A DNA stretch of 64,000 nt from Takakia lepidozioides (Eukaryota; Plantae; Bryophyta): the NCBI GenBank assembly GCA_030704615.1, contig CM060733.1, forward strand, positions 27,652,001 to 27,716,000, in the 5' to 3' direction. Both the position numbers and the translations under genes were made by a program. Positions 25,042 to 43,011 of this stretch are shown piece after piece. Numbering within the stretch: position 1 is the first letter of the stretch; every line of letters starts with the position of its first letter. The notes beneath the pieces were generated by a model. The model ran no database searches. It was given only the letters and a program-made list of their open reading frames with translations, and was not told the origin of the DNA.

Positions 25042-28000
25042 ATGTCCATGCCTGCGCCTTCGCCTCCCCCCGCCTTGGGGGAGGGGCACACGAAGGTGGA
25101 ACAAAACGGGGTGCCTCCGTCACCCCTGCTGCGACCTCCAGGACCTGCGAGTTCTGCTTCACCTGTGCCTGCGGGCACACCAGGTATTTTGACACCGGAA
25201 ATACTGTTGGAGCAGATGTACCCGCCGGCTCTTGCCAAGCACGAGGAGGTGGTGGCCAGTCAGGCGCTCTTTGTGGATACACTCAACAAGTTCCATACAT
25301 CTCTTGGAACGCGTCTAGCGTAAGCAACTTTTCAAGCTAGAGCGGAAAGAAACCAGAGGTGTCCCTCTCTCAGTTTTGTCTAGGTTTAGAGGTGTTCTAT
25401 GATGTGGGTTTCCATCTCTCCGATCGAATTGCTCTCCTTTCAGCAGCTGTCTATATAGTTGGGTCGTGTTAATTTCTGGCCCCTGCTACATTGTACCAGA
25501 AACCATGGCAGCAATGTTGAACTTTTCTCCACGAGAAAGCTTCTTCTGACTTCCTGTGTAATGCTGTTCGCTTCACAATATCACAACTGCATGATGAGCT
25601 TGTATTTTGATGGGGACAGTATCCGGTGAAGAAAGTGCCGGGATTCTGCAAGCCTGGGTTTTGAGGATAGTTAGAAGAGTATAGAGGCCTTCAGTAATAT
25701 AACAACGTCCGTTTCCCAGTTTGAAATTAAATGGTTCTCAATACGAGGATGCAGCACCTTGTGTTGAGCACACCTTGTGTGTAGATTCTGTTTGTTCTTT
25801 AAATTATTCACTAACTTATGGAAGCGGAAAGAGGGAGGTCCATACAGGACTACATTTTTCTTGCTTCTTTAAATTATCCACCAAAACAATTTGGACTTTG
25901 CAGAAAAAAGGGAAGGAAAGGGAGGGCTGCTGAGGTCCAGACCTTTCAAGAAAGCTTGGACGGGTAAGGGTGCTTGACCAGTAGTCTTCAAGTCCAATGA
26001 AGATACTTGTAAGATGGGTCTTTCTGACTGTACTTGTCATCAAGGCACTGTATGTCTATATAACCTGCTGTTATGGGCAAAGTAGCTGCTAAGGTCCAGA
26101 CCTTTCCAGGAAAGGTTGGACATGGACGAGTAGTCCTCAGGGCGGGTTTTGATATTTGTAAGATGGTTCTTCCTGATTGTATGTGCTGTTCATTGACATC
26201 AACAATGCACTATCTGTCTATTCTCCTGGTGCTACGGAGGAAAGTATGCTAATTTTTTGAGTTCTTGTACTTGGGCATCATGCATTTTGTCACAAGGCTG
26301 TCCTCCACTGTGGCCTGCTACATACTAAGAACCTCTTGTATCTTCTGCATAATGCAAACCTGTAGCAGCCACCCAGTCTCTCTGGTGTTTTCTCTTTGTC
26401 ATGTGGAGCAGGCTCTCATCTGATTCTTTGGGGGAGTCTGTGCAGAATACCAAAGATGGGGGGAAAGGACCTTGACTTACACCTGCTTTATGTTGAAGTC
26501 ACCGGGCGCGGTGGCCTGCAGCAGGTGGTCTTCCCTTACCTGCAGACTGTCTTGTTTTGTCTTACCAGACACTACGGGTTTATGTGTTTGATCTGCTTCT
26601 ACTACTCCTGCTGGGGAAATTGCACCCATGTGAGTGAGCTGGGGGCGCGATGGTGAGGACTGTAGGCTTTTCCTAATGCACGGTGGTCAGTGAATATGTT
26701 TCCCAGCAACAGGGCCGTTATGACTAATTACTTTTACTGCCCGCTTCGCTTTTGGAGGATCAAGACAACGTCAGAAGTTGCGGCCCCTTAGGACCTGAGA
26801 AGGTGGAGTCAATGTCATCAAGTGAATAAATAGCTTTGAAGAAAACTTGGAAGATAAGATTTAATGTGTTATTTCCTTGTGTCATATCCAATACTGGGCC
26901 AGTCAGCCTGCCCTAGTTATAATATCCAGTGCCCACCCTGGGATTATCTTTGAGTTTCACTTATTCATGAAGCAGGTTTGGCTTCAAGTTGTCTTGCTCC
27001 CTTGGTGGGTAAAATCCCATTACAGACTTCTGGGAGTATTGAGTGTAGCACAGGAAAATAATGTCCAGTGTCCTCTAGAAACAGGAAAGAACTCCAGGAG
27101 AGCCAACTGCCTGGTTTCTGCATGCATCCAGTTTCCTTATGAGTTGTGCTGGTTGAAGATAAACTTGAATCAGGTTGGTTAATCTATAATCCAGAGATTG
27201 CACTTGTGTTGATATGTTTCTGTTACGTCTAATTGATGACACCATCCAAAAAGGGGTGGAGATTGAATCAATTCTGTTACATATCTGATTCTGCGTAAGT
27301 ATAACAATTGATGTTAATCTTAACTGCTGTTTGGCTATTTTCAAGGGGTGAGTTCTACACAGTGATTGCAGACCTATACTCGTAAGCTCTCCTGTTATGA
27401 AGTGATTATGAAGTGATCTACGTCCAGATGGACCACTCATGTCATGATAATTAATCTCATCAATACTTCCATTTTACTTTGGCTTTCCCATGAACATTTT
27501 CCTTTACTCTGTCTCAAGATGATGTGGCCAAACATGTGAGGCCTATTTCCCTGGGGAGCAGGTTATCAAGGATAGAAAGTGGAAGGAGATCACAGGAGTT
27601 TTCAACTTCCCACGGACTACCACCAGTGCTTCATATGTACTGCGGAAATACTATATTGCGCTTCTCCATCACTACGAGCAAGTCTACTTCTTTGGAGCTA
27701 CGGGCCCATTGATTCCACCCCCAAGTTTGTGTCAATACCTGATCTTGACATAGTCTTTGCATCTCCTTTAATTTGATTCATAGTCTAATTCTATTGCATT
27801 GAGATAACTAGTACAGCTTGCATAAAAGAGTAGATGAGTTGACATCAACTTCCTAGGCTTTAAAGTGGGACTAGATGTTGCTAGCTAAGCTTTGGTTCTT
27901 TCAAGTTCCTCATCGTGCAGTGTAGGTGTCAGTCATGGAAGGTTATTTAAACTTTGAAGAACAAGGTCTGGAAGTCTTGCTGCAAAGCCCTTGCTATTGG

Positions 28001-29661
28001 GAACACGTGGTTAATTTTTGTCTAAACAAGCGGTAAATTGTATTAAAGCATTCATGTTCTGTGCTTGACAGTGCCATTGCCTGCTTCAAGCCCTATCTCT
28101 ACCAAGCAAAGTGAGCAGTCATTCACATATCCACTCTCAGAGGTAGAGCCTGGTGAGAAGAAAATAAGGAAGAGGAAGCTGCCTCCAATTCAAATTTTAC
28201 CAGGTTGTATGACATCTCCTTTATTTTGTTCTTTGATTCCTGTTTGTTATCCATTTCAAAAGGCCTCTAAATCGAACTTTGTCATAGCTAGACCTTTTGT
28301 GGTATCTATGCCTGCTTGTCAACAGTTGGTTATAGTTGATAGCGGTGATAGAGTGGGACAAAGAAATTGAGGAGGTGTCAAGTGTCACCTATTGGTTGAA
28401 CGAAGAATGATTGGGCCTGTTGTGAGCAATGTCTGCAGTAGATCCAGCAGCATCAATCGGACATGTGGTGACGGGAGCAATTGAAGGCAAGTTTGAGTAT
28501 GGCTATTTGGTGACAGTCATGGTAGGCACTGAGAAGCTGAGGGGGGTCTTATACCACGTGCCACCAGGACAACGAGGTCCCCAGCATGCCAACGTGGCGA
28601 ATTACTTGGGGGCACTTGGTGGAGAGTCGCAACTTCAAGGACGTGATACTCGGGTACGGCGCAAGCGTCGTCGTAAGGCAGACATGCCAAAGAAGGACCC
28701 CAATGCACCACGTCCTAACCGGACAGGTTACAACTTCTTTTTTGCTGAGCAGCGCATGAAGCTAAAAGCTCTGCACCCTGAGAAAGAAAAAGAGCTGAGT
28801 CGCATGATAGGCGATGCCTGGAACAGTCTCTCAGAACAAGAGAAAGTTGTGAGTATGATGTGCTCGTTTAACCTCACCTTCGTTCTGCAGTTGACCATCT
28901 TGCCCGAAGTTTGTTGTTCACCATTGCATGTGCCAAGTGTCAAGCTACAATTAACAACCATTGTGCATGAATATAGAACAGGAATACCATGCTTCAAGAC
29001 ATGAATTGACCTTGACTTCTTGGTTGGCCTGAGTTTGCAAAGTTAATGTGTCCATGCTGTTACAGTTGACAGTCATCTTTTGTTAAGGCAGCAGGGTCAA
29101 TGTTTAGAGGTGCTATTGCAAATGTAGATCAAGTCAACACTTGCATGGCTTAATTAGTGATATGAGCAAGGAATTTTATAATGGTCTTTTAGAAAGAATC
29201 ATGACTATGCTGTGTTGTTGGTGCAGCCATATCAAGACCGAGGTGTGAAAGACAAGGAGAGGTATGAGAAAGAAATGTTGGAGTACCGGGAAACATTGAA
29301 AACCCTCAATGGCAATGATGTTCCCCAGTTGGAGCAGAAGGAAGAAGCAGGGGTAGTGGTAGAGCATAATTTTGATGGTAGCCACAATGACAACGTGTCA
29401 GCTGTGCATGCTAATCCAGAGCTCAGCTCTGCATCGCTACCTCAGCATTTGGACTCGAAACCTGGTGACATCCCAAAACCCAATCATGAGGAGCCTCCTT
29501 TCCACAACCTACCAGGGTCCCCTGATGCCCCTTCAGAGCAGGGAGGCTTGGAGGGCCTTGAGAATGCTGAGTCAGAGGGAGAGGGTGAGGGAGAGGGAGA
29601 GGGTGAGGAGAAAGGTGAGGACAGGGATGAGGGCGAGGCTGACCAAGGTGCGTATGGCTAG
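25042..29661 (+). CDS. ARID-HMG box DNA-binding protein (HMGB9/10/11/15 family); exons ~25042-25319, 26446-26524, 27562-27724, 28072-28204, 28438-28848, 29227-29661
   Basis: ARID domain (IPKMGGKDLDLHLLYVEVTGRGGLQQ|VIKDRKWKEI...SASYVLRKYY), conserved VTGAIEGKFEYGYLVTV, HMG box (DPNAPRPNRTGYNFFFAEQR...IGDAWNSLSEQEKV|PYQDRGVKDKERYEKEM), acidic tail. Confidence 0.93.
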
Positions 29662-30282
29662 TATGCTTAGGAAGTGGTTGTAATGAGGTCACATGTACTC
29701 ATTCCACAGCATACTGGAAGTATTAGTCTAGACACTTGGTGTCTTACTTTAGCACTTTCTATCATAGACATCCTTCAGAGAGAGAGAGAGAGGGAGAGGT
29801 CTTCTCCATTTCAACCATGCCGGTTCACCAAAATGCCCCCTCAAATGATCCCCATGATTCCAACCATTTTTGGTCTTTGCCTCTGCCACCATATAGGTGT
29901 ACTTATTGCTGAATCCATTTTGCAGTTTTGGAGAATATGATGCAAATGCATGTTAGAAGACCCTAATCAATATAAAGGGTATAGGGTTTGGTAGCAAGGC
30001 CCTTGCACAAATTTAATAGTAAGCCTTGAGTACCAACTGTGAAAACATACTGTTGTTTCTCCCTCACAATCTTTGGGACAAGAACAGCATCCTTGTTGCT
30101 TGTTTCAATAAACGTAAGGTCTATGATAAGTTAATCGATTCTATATCATGGAAGCAGGAGCGGTCTGTGAAACAGGCTAAGTCCTGGTGGGAGAGGGTAG
30201 AAGAGATTTTCTAGGATTTTCTAGTCCCCAAGCTATGATCCTTCTGGAAAAATCAGACTTAGAGGCTGAAGTTTCCAAAGTC

Positions 30283-30820
30283 TGTTGCCAGGAAATTGTC
30301 TGATGAAAATGACGTTAGGCAGAAATCTTCCCTGAACGTGTTTCGAATCTCTGATATGGGTGAAGCCATCATGGATGACCTGAAGGTTTACCCACTCTCA
30401 GCACCGCAAACAGATGCAAAGATGAAAGGGGGATTGTAAGTGCCCCTTGTGTGGGCAACCTGAAGATAATATTCACTTTCTGTTTCATTGCCCTGGGTAC
30501 TCTCACCAGAGAGACACCCTCTTCAATTCCATGAAGGTCTCTGTTTACCAACTTTGAAAATCTTGTGGCCGAGAGCCCCAGCCTGAAGGCAGAGAGGTAG
30601 AGGACACGGCTTTGAACCCCAGACCCATCCTTTTGGGATCCAGTTATTGGGCAAATCACACAAAGCAGATTGATGTTTGTTTGAAGGGGATCAATTCTGT
30701 TTCAAAGTAAGTCATACTACCATGAGCGTCAGCCCCTGCTGACAAAGGTAAGTGAGTTTCTGTCCCTTTGTGTTCCGCTCAAACTGGGCACGGGGTCAAT
30801 GGCGGCAAAAGTCTCATGAG
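30283..30820 (+). mobile_element. Degenerate 3' fragment of the same RTEX-like LINE, followed by (TC)n 30836-30881
   Basis: Colinear with the reverse complement of 13841-14425 (CTTCCCTGAAC.TGTTTC, TGCCCCTTGTGTGGGCAA, GTTCCGCTCAAACTGGGC, GTCTCATGAG end). Confidence 0.8.
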
Positions 30821-30841
30821 TAGGTACCACCCTAACTCTCT

Positions 30842-30885
<44 letters not shown>

Positions 30886-31693
30886 CGTGTTTCCCATGCA
30901 GAGGACTTATAGATATGCTCTACAAAGCCCTTCACACAGGCAACATCCTGATGTATGTGATCTGCCCAGCAATTAGACCCCAACTGACATTCTATCTTTG
31001 AGCATCAAAGCTGAATGGATTCTAAGTTTTAGCATGCTTAGAGTTGCCCTCCCATATCACATTTGCACTCCAAGGTATGCCTAGTAACCTTGCAAAGCAT
31101 TGTTTACTTTAGTGTTAATTCGTCACAAGTGGGAAAATTGAGCAAGACCAACAGCTTTGTGCTGTTTGAACCACTAAAGACATGGATACATCTCAAATTC
31201 CATTAGAATAAAGCTGATAAGGGGACTGCTCAACCACTATGAACCATATCTCACGACAGGTTTGAAGTTGGTACAACTCAAAACGCTGATACCCCAATTG
31301 AGGGGTTGCTTATGTGCATGAAATGGATCAGATTCTCCTACTGCCATAGCTGCTTTGTGTACAGCTCACCCGTGGAGTACAAAACCATACTATGCTCTAA
31401 GTGTAACCACACTTATACTGGATTATCAATCTCAATTTGAAGGGTTGAAGCAAATAGCTTGTCCCTATCCTCAGTCTCTGTTTAAGTCTTCCCAGGGCAA
31501 CCAACCAGTTGCTTCTCGCTGTAAAATTAAGTCCTCAGCACTAAGAAATAGATATCGAACAAATAGGTGGACAAAAAATAGATTGTGGAATCTATGGCGG
31601 ACAAATTACATCCAGTGAAACAAATAGTTCTGATATTGAAGAACCCTTTTGTATGTAAACAGCTGTGGTTTCCAACCCTATCTACTGTTGTGC

Positions 31694-36754
<5,061 letters not shown>

Positions 36755-39069
36755 TCAAGCTGGAAAGACCAAATTTGCAGTGTGTCTATCTTGAACCACG
36801 AAGCGATCGGATGTCCCAGAAGTGAGTAACAGTGAGGAGTAACGGACTGAACCTTTACTACACTGGAGCCGCCATCGTGATTGATAAGTTGGTAGGAGAC
36901 ACAGGCTCTCAACAGCGCAAGAGAGTGGGGCCCACTAGCAGATCACTAGCGCCAACGTCGATCAAGTGGAAAGACCCAAGCACCCACGCGGTATGCAGGT
37001 ATAGTGCAGTGCACCTTCACTCGAAGATCTTGCGAGGAAGTTGAGAGGAGAGAAGAGGATGGAGTTCGGGAGCAAGGTGCTGGAGGCGAAAGCAAGACGA
37101 CAGTGTGTAGTCAAAGAGCGAAAGTTGTCTGGGCTTTGGTGGGACCCTTCACGAGTGCCGTGAGTGTCGGTTCTTCCTTCGTTGTGTGGCGCGCAACTGC
37201 TGATTCCTTGCGTGACATCCCTCAGTTCACTGTCTCGAAGTTTTGCATCGGATTTCTATCTAGCAGGATCACCTTCATCTTTACCGAAGTACTGTTTTTG
37301 GACTGTGGGCACATGACTCTTGATTGGGAGTTGTTGCCCAGATGTTTTCAAAGAGACTGTTGGTAAGTCATTCCTCCTGAAAAGTACTTATGTTCTATAC
37401 CCCGATCTTGTAACTTGGCCGAGTACATCATGTATTGGATTGGTGCACTGATCTTATTTAGGGATTTAATTCTCAAGCCATGGAAGTCTGTGGCTTTCGA
37501 TTGATGGCGTGGACAATCTTTGTAGGCTCGCAGATGTCTTCCTTTATGCTGCTGACTGGTCGTCCCCCAATCTATTTCGTGTTCCGCTGTTGAATCCCAC
37601 GATCGTCCCTCAATAGAGTTTTTGAGTGTAGGTTTTCCAAGAAATTTCGCATGCTGTATTGCAGTTGCTGTGGCTGATTGTATTCGGCTGCTACTCGTAA
37701 GTACAATTTGGGGAGGTCTCATACTGGTCCTTTGGTGCCGGCATTTGCTACTGATTTCCTCATCAGGAGAGAGGCCCTAGCCATCAATCGTTTGTAAGAG
37801 GGAGTGGAGAGTAACCGAACTTTGATAAGACTAGCCCTCTGACCAGTCACGTGTTTGGAAGAGCAGAGTGGGGGAGAGGAGGAGAGCAGAATGGTCATCA
37901 CCTCCTAATGCTGGATGCAGCGGGGGGGCGGACCATTCGAAACCAAGTTGATTCTGTCTTCCAGATTTCGTGGAAAGCTCGTCACCACCAGCAATTTCTG
38001 CAACTGATACCCAAAAAGAGTGGGACAGATTGGGCGTGGGGGTCATCTCAACTTCTTTGACTTCTGCGAAAAGAGGTACAGTATTTTGAAACTTATTCCT
38101 TGGAACATGCCGAATGCTGCTGGCTTTGCTATGGCTCATTGAGCAACAACGTCTCATCCAGCAGCTTCCCTAGGTCAGCATGATCCAGCAGCATGTGAGA
38201 TTTAAAAGTCAAGGGTGGCAGAGACTTGAGGTTTTAGAGTCCTACTGTTTCTATAGCATGGGCCTGTAGTAGGTGCGTCACTTGCTACAGCAGCGCAAGT
38301 TTGTCTGCCTTGAGCTTGACGCTATTCACCTCCTTGAAGACCTGCTTCATGGATATCAAGGTTGAAACACTGCCCGTCAAACTCAATCATAAGTAGCAGC
38401 TTGACATTCTTCCCTGCTTTTACTCAGCTTCCATCTCACTATTATTACGAAGTGATGGCGAATAGGTTCTCCAGCACTATAGACATGTCCCCCTCAAAAA
38501 TATGGCTATTCAAAAAATTTCTCTTGTCTGTCATGTATGGTAATCTTTGTATGTATAGTTTTGGCTATGTGCTCTTATTGGGCAATAAAAGCTATGTGGA
38601 TCCACTAACACACTGACAGAGCACATCACAGGGTACTTAGCACTTACCTTGAATGAGTCTCAAGGGGACGATGTCAACACGGCCTACACCTGAGTGCCAA
38701 AAGGCCACAGTGAACCCCTTGAACTGTCGTAAGCTAACAGGCTAGAATCTACAATCTACGAAATACTCGAGAACTTTGGAGAGGAAAATGAATGCCTGCC
38801 TTAAATAGCATTGCCTACGGCAAGGAAAGAAACATCCTGCCCCTGTCCTCGTTGGCTTGGTACGGCCTTGCTACAGGTTCCCTTTATTGCAGCTGAGGGA
38901 GGCATGCCTAGGGCCTGGGGCGGGACTCTCCTGTCTGTTGTCCTTTGAATCCCACTGGTTCATCAAAGGTTGCGAAGAAGGTTTGCGGAGATTTATGTCA
39001 GGTTCAGCAGCATTTGTCCGCGCTTTGCCAACTTGATGTCTATCTCCTCTAGTGACTTATGGAAAGGTA

Positions 39070-39105
<36 letters not shown>

Positions 39106-40717
39106 ATAGTTTGTTTCCTTTTTTCGAGGGGTTGGGGGTGATTGCATGGCTTCACAATACATTGTGAGTAACAGTCATACATCCTAGACATTGAGTGAAC
39201 TGGTCGATTAGGATAATCTGAGGCTACCATTCTTCAAAACTGAAAATTAAATATCCTGCTGACAATGCTGTGCCGAACTTCTCAGGGTCCACCTCACAGC
39301 CTGCCATGTCAGAGAGATCGTCAGATTGGACTGACATGGGATCCTCTTCTGAAACAGAGTGGTGAACTCACCTGGTAAATTGGGCTAGAAATTTTCTTTA
39401 TGGATATTGCTGCACAGATGCAAATCATTAGTTGATTTCTCTGAGCTATAAATTTTCTTATCAAGCATGGTACTGAGTAGGATATATAGCAAGTAGACTT
39501 GCAAGGACATAATTTACCTTTAGAGCATGACAAGGTGCATTAGGTTTGTAGGTTACAGCAGAAGTGATGTGGAAGCACAGGGCTGAGCACGTATAGTTGA
39601 TAGAATCAGGGTTCAGCAAACCCTAGAAGTGAGCAAAGAATTTCTATAGCAAAACACATGCCCACTGATATTGAATTTGTCTTTGGACTCCACCTTCGAG
39701 AGTCAACCTTTGCAAGGTTTGTGCAACTCACACTACTTGTAGTGATCCTAGCCCTTGTGAGGTGAGCTAATTGTGCATAAACACGCAGGACTCTGCAGAT
39801 TCTCTTTTCTTTGAGCAGCTGGTCAAGCGGGTTTTGACAAACACGTCATGTTGTGCCACTGTATGAGAAAGGTTAGTTACGGCCGGGATGCACCCGCCTC
39901 ACTTGGATATTGGAGCTCACCATGGTGAATATACTGGTGTAAGATGTACTCATTTCTTCAACTGCTTGTAGTAGCCAGAACTTTGGAGAGAAGCAGCAGA
40001 AAGACAAGCTGGTGAGTAGAAACCTGACAAAAATGCCATCATGCAGACGGAGGTTTGGCCTACAGATGCAAAACTAAGATGAGCCAAGAGAGTGTAGGAG
40101 GTTAAAGCAGTGATGCATTGCACTGCACACCCGCTTTGACAAGTACGTTCACCCCCTGGAGATGAAGTCTCTCTGTTTTAAATTGAGGACGCCCGTTGAC
40201 CTCCTCACAGTATGACACATTCTTGTGAAAAGAACAATTTGAAGAAAGTCCAGGATGGCATTGTAAAGGGGAGGACAGACTGAATTGATGCGGGATGGCA
40301 TTTAGGAGTCCACTGTTGGATTTGTGAAAAGAAGGCTGACTTTGTGCAGATGGGTTCGAGGCAGGCCAGTTCATAGATAATGCGATTTAGTGATTCCTAT
40401 CATTCATAACTATTTTGCAGAGTCTCCAAATTAGTAGGAACCAACAAACTGAGGAGGAGAAAGAAGTTGGACAGACATCATTCATAAGAGAAAATGCTCG
40501 CATCTGTTGCCAACAAAAGGGTTGCTAACTGCAAGGGGGTAGGCGTGCGGAAGTTTCGTAAGGAAATGACACAGCACTGCCGGCGTCCTGATGCTTGGAA
40601 GCTTCGTCGGTCGCACGTCGGTGCTGTCGCTCGGTGCTGTCGTCTTCTTGCCATGACAAAGGGCTGACGTCGCACTGGGTGCGCGTGAAGTTTCATGAGT
40701 TGGGCTGGGCCCTGCAC

Positions 40718-40864
40718 ATGATGCGCTTTAGGGTTCCTCAAAGGATTGTCGAAAAGGGAGGTCGCATCATCGTAATCCTGATTGCTGTCCCTGTATTCCT
40801 GATCTCACCGCTGACGGGGGTTGCTTTCGAGCACTCTGCGAGTTGGGCTGCGATATTTTCCTAA
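40718..40864 (+). CDS. Candidate upstream ORF (48 aa from ATG, open frame back to 40595) in the leader of the RMA gene
   Basis: Open frame WVRVKFHELGWALHMMRFRVPQRIVEKGGRIIVILIAVPVFLISP..., stop 121 nt before the RMA ATG; contains a hydrophobic segment. Confidence 0.45.
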   Translation: MMRFRVPQRIVEKGGRIIVILIAVPVFLISPLTGVAFEHSASWAAIFS

Positions 40865-40985
40865 CAGTAGTCTCTCAATTCCGAAGACACAAAATTTTGG
40901 AGAGTTTTTTGGGTGGCATCCTTGGAAAATCTCGATTAGCTCAAGGCACGAGGGTCGGGAAGGGACGAGCAGGCAGGTGCTTTGA

Positions 40986-41756
40986 ATGACTACTGTACAG
41001 GACACTCCCCAAGGGAGGAGAGGAAAGACAGGTGAAGAGGGGGTGCATGCGGAGAGCGGCGTGAGGCATGCAGAAGCAGGTGCCAACTCTCAGGTGCGTG
41101 ATGCTGGAACCCCCAGCCCAGTGGTTGGGGAGGATGCCATGGCAGGCAGCAGTGAGCAGGGCAGCAGTTTTGATTGCAACATTTGCTTAGAATTGTCGCA
41201 GGATCCTGTAGTAACGCTGTGCGGGCATCTCTTTTGCTGGCCCTGCCTCTACCGCTGGCTTCAGATGCACAGCATCTGTCGAGAATGTCCAGTGTGTAAG
41301 GCTAGTGTGGAGGAGGAGAAGGTGATTCCCCTTTATGGGCGTGGCAAGGTGGGTTGTGTTGATCCTCGAACGAAACCAGTACCGGGTCTGAATATTCCGC
41401 AACGGCCAGCAGGACAGCGGCCCGAGACAGCGCGGCAAGCAGAGCATCACCCCTACCACCACCATGGCTTCAGCTTTATGACTGGCCACCCTGGCCCTAT
41501 TGGCACCGCCCGCTTTGGCAACATCACTCTCTCCGCTGGTTTTGGGCTGTTTCCATCGCTCTTTGGCTTTCAGTTGAATGGATTTTCGGAGGCCAGTGGG
41601 GCATCTGGCATCCATCTAGGCACCCCAAGTAGCATGGCTGGCAGTCATGTCCATACTGCGCATACCGCAGTACCAGATCAGCAGCAGGAGGCTCTCCTCT
41701 CACGGCTGCTACTTCTGTTAGGCTGCTTTGTGATTGTTTGTCTTCTTCTCTTTTAG
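40986..41756 (+). CDS. RING membrane-anchor E3 ubiquitin ligase (RMA1/RNF5/RNF185 family), single coding exon
   Basis: FDCNICLELSQDPVVTLCGHLFCWPCLYRWL...CPVCK...VIPLYGRG, IPQRPAGQR, GLFPSLF, C-terminal TM LSRLLLLLGCFVIVCLLLF. Confidence 0.96.
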   Translation: MTTVQDTPQGRRGKTGEEGVHAESGVRHAEAGANSQVRDAGTPSPVVGEDAMAGSSEQGSSFDCNICLELSQDPVVTLCGHLFCWPCLYRWLQMHSICRECPVCKASVEEEKVIPLYGRGKVGCVDPRTKPVPGLNIPQRPAGQRPETARQAEHHPYHHHGFSFMTGHPGPIGTARFGNITLSAGFGLFPSLFGFQLNGFSEASGASGIHLGTPSSMAGSHVHTAHTAVPDQQQEALLSRLLLLLGCFVIVCLLLF

Positions 41757-43011
41757 AACATATTTGTTGCTATGGACAGAATTGCTTGAAAGTCTATTTT
41801 CTCTCTTTGGGTTCCAAGAGTATTGTTGGATCTATTATAGTAGTGTAGGTTCTGGAGTGGCAAAGTAGCTCCTCTTCCTATGTAGGTGGCAGTGTGTTTT
41901 TTAAGAGAATCCATGTGGAAGCCCTGCACTGAGCAATATTTGGGTGCTGCCAAGAAATGTACCGAAAATCTGAAGGCGTTTGGATGTAATGCCAAGGCAA
42001 GCTGGAGTTGGGTGGTGGCTATGGTCAGGTCTAGTAGAGAGGATCTTTTTCCTTAATTCTGCAGTAGCCTCCACAAAATGTCACTCAGTGGATTGCTTCT
42101 CCTGACTCAACCTTGTACATCATTCTCTGTATACAGATTATTTAAATTGAATTCAATCTCATTTTCCTTGCATGTTTTCGGCTGTACACCATGGGAATGT
42201 GGAGTCTGGATATTTATATTAGTTGTCCAAATTGACAAAGCTTGACTGCTGAAGGGGTGGATGTGAGTAGTTTGCTTTGTATTACAAATGAGGGAAGGCA
42301 TGGGGGATCATTGTGGGATTGTGAGTTAAAATATGAAAGTGAGGAATGGAACTTGTTACATGGCATGGAGGTCAGGAATTAGAACTTCGGACCAAGGGTT
42401 TGCTTCCATCGGTACTAAGATCTATGCAATTGTTGGATTTCAGCTGAAGGTGACATAAGTAGGGGAGGAGGCATCTGCAGTCTCCACAGCTTTGGAATGC
42501 AGGCTATGGCCCACACTGTATAGTCTCCACTGGGCCACACTGTGTATATTCAAACAAGTTCCGAAAATTATCTCGAGATTCCATTGATGGTGACAGCTTG
42601 TCATTGGTGGTGTTTAGAGATGACTGCTAGCCATTCTTACTGGAAGATGGCATGTTAGCCTAGGCGACGGATTTCAACAGCTTTACCCTTCATACATAGG
42701 AATGGAGGCATACAGGTATGGTTCACTGACATGGGGCTCTTGACTTTCTTTGCAATATGAAGTTCAAGCAAACCAGAGTATGATCAAACAATCCTCAAGA
42801 TGCTGTGTGAACAAGTGCAGTGACCTATCTTTCAAACAGCCAGGGTGCCTGCCACCAAATACTAGATACATTTGAGAGACTCACATTGTCTTAGAACCGA
42901 CTACCTCGGAGCCCATGCCTCTAAGCCTCTGAGCATCAAAGTGCTTCGATGTCTTTTAAGATGTAAAACACGTCTGAGCACAGATTCAAACTTAGTCGTT
43001 TCTGGACAAGA

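Noticed and set aside
24311-25238. Long ORFs 24311-25000 (+) and 24747-25238 (-)
   Set aside because: No recognisable domain; they overlap the leader/intron or antisense of the ARID-HMG gene.
37348-38460. Coding-like decayed sequence on the minus strand
   Set aside because: No motif could be recognised; not assignable without a search.
41187-41615. 142-aa antisense ORF within the RMA CDS
   Set aside because: Typical shadow ORF of a GC-rich coding sequence.
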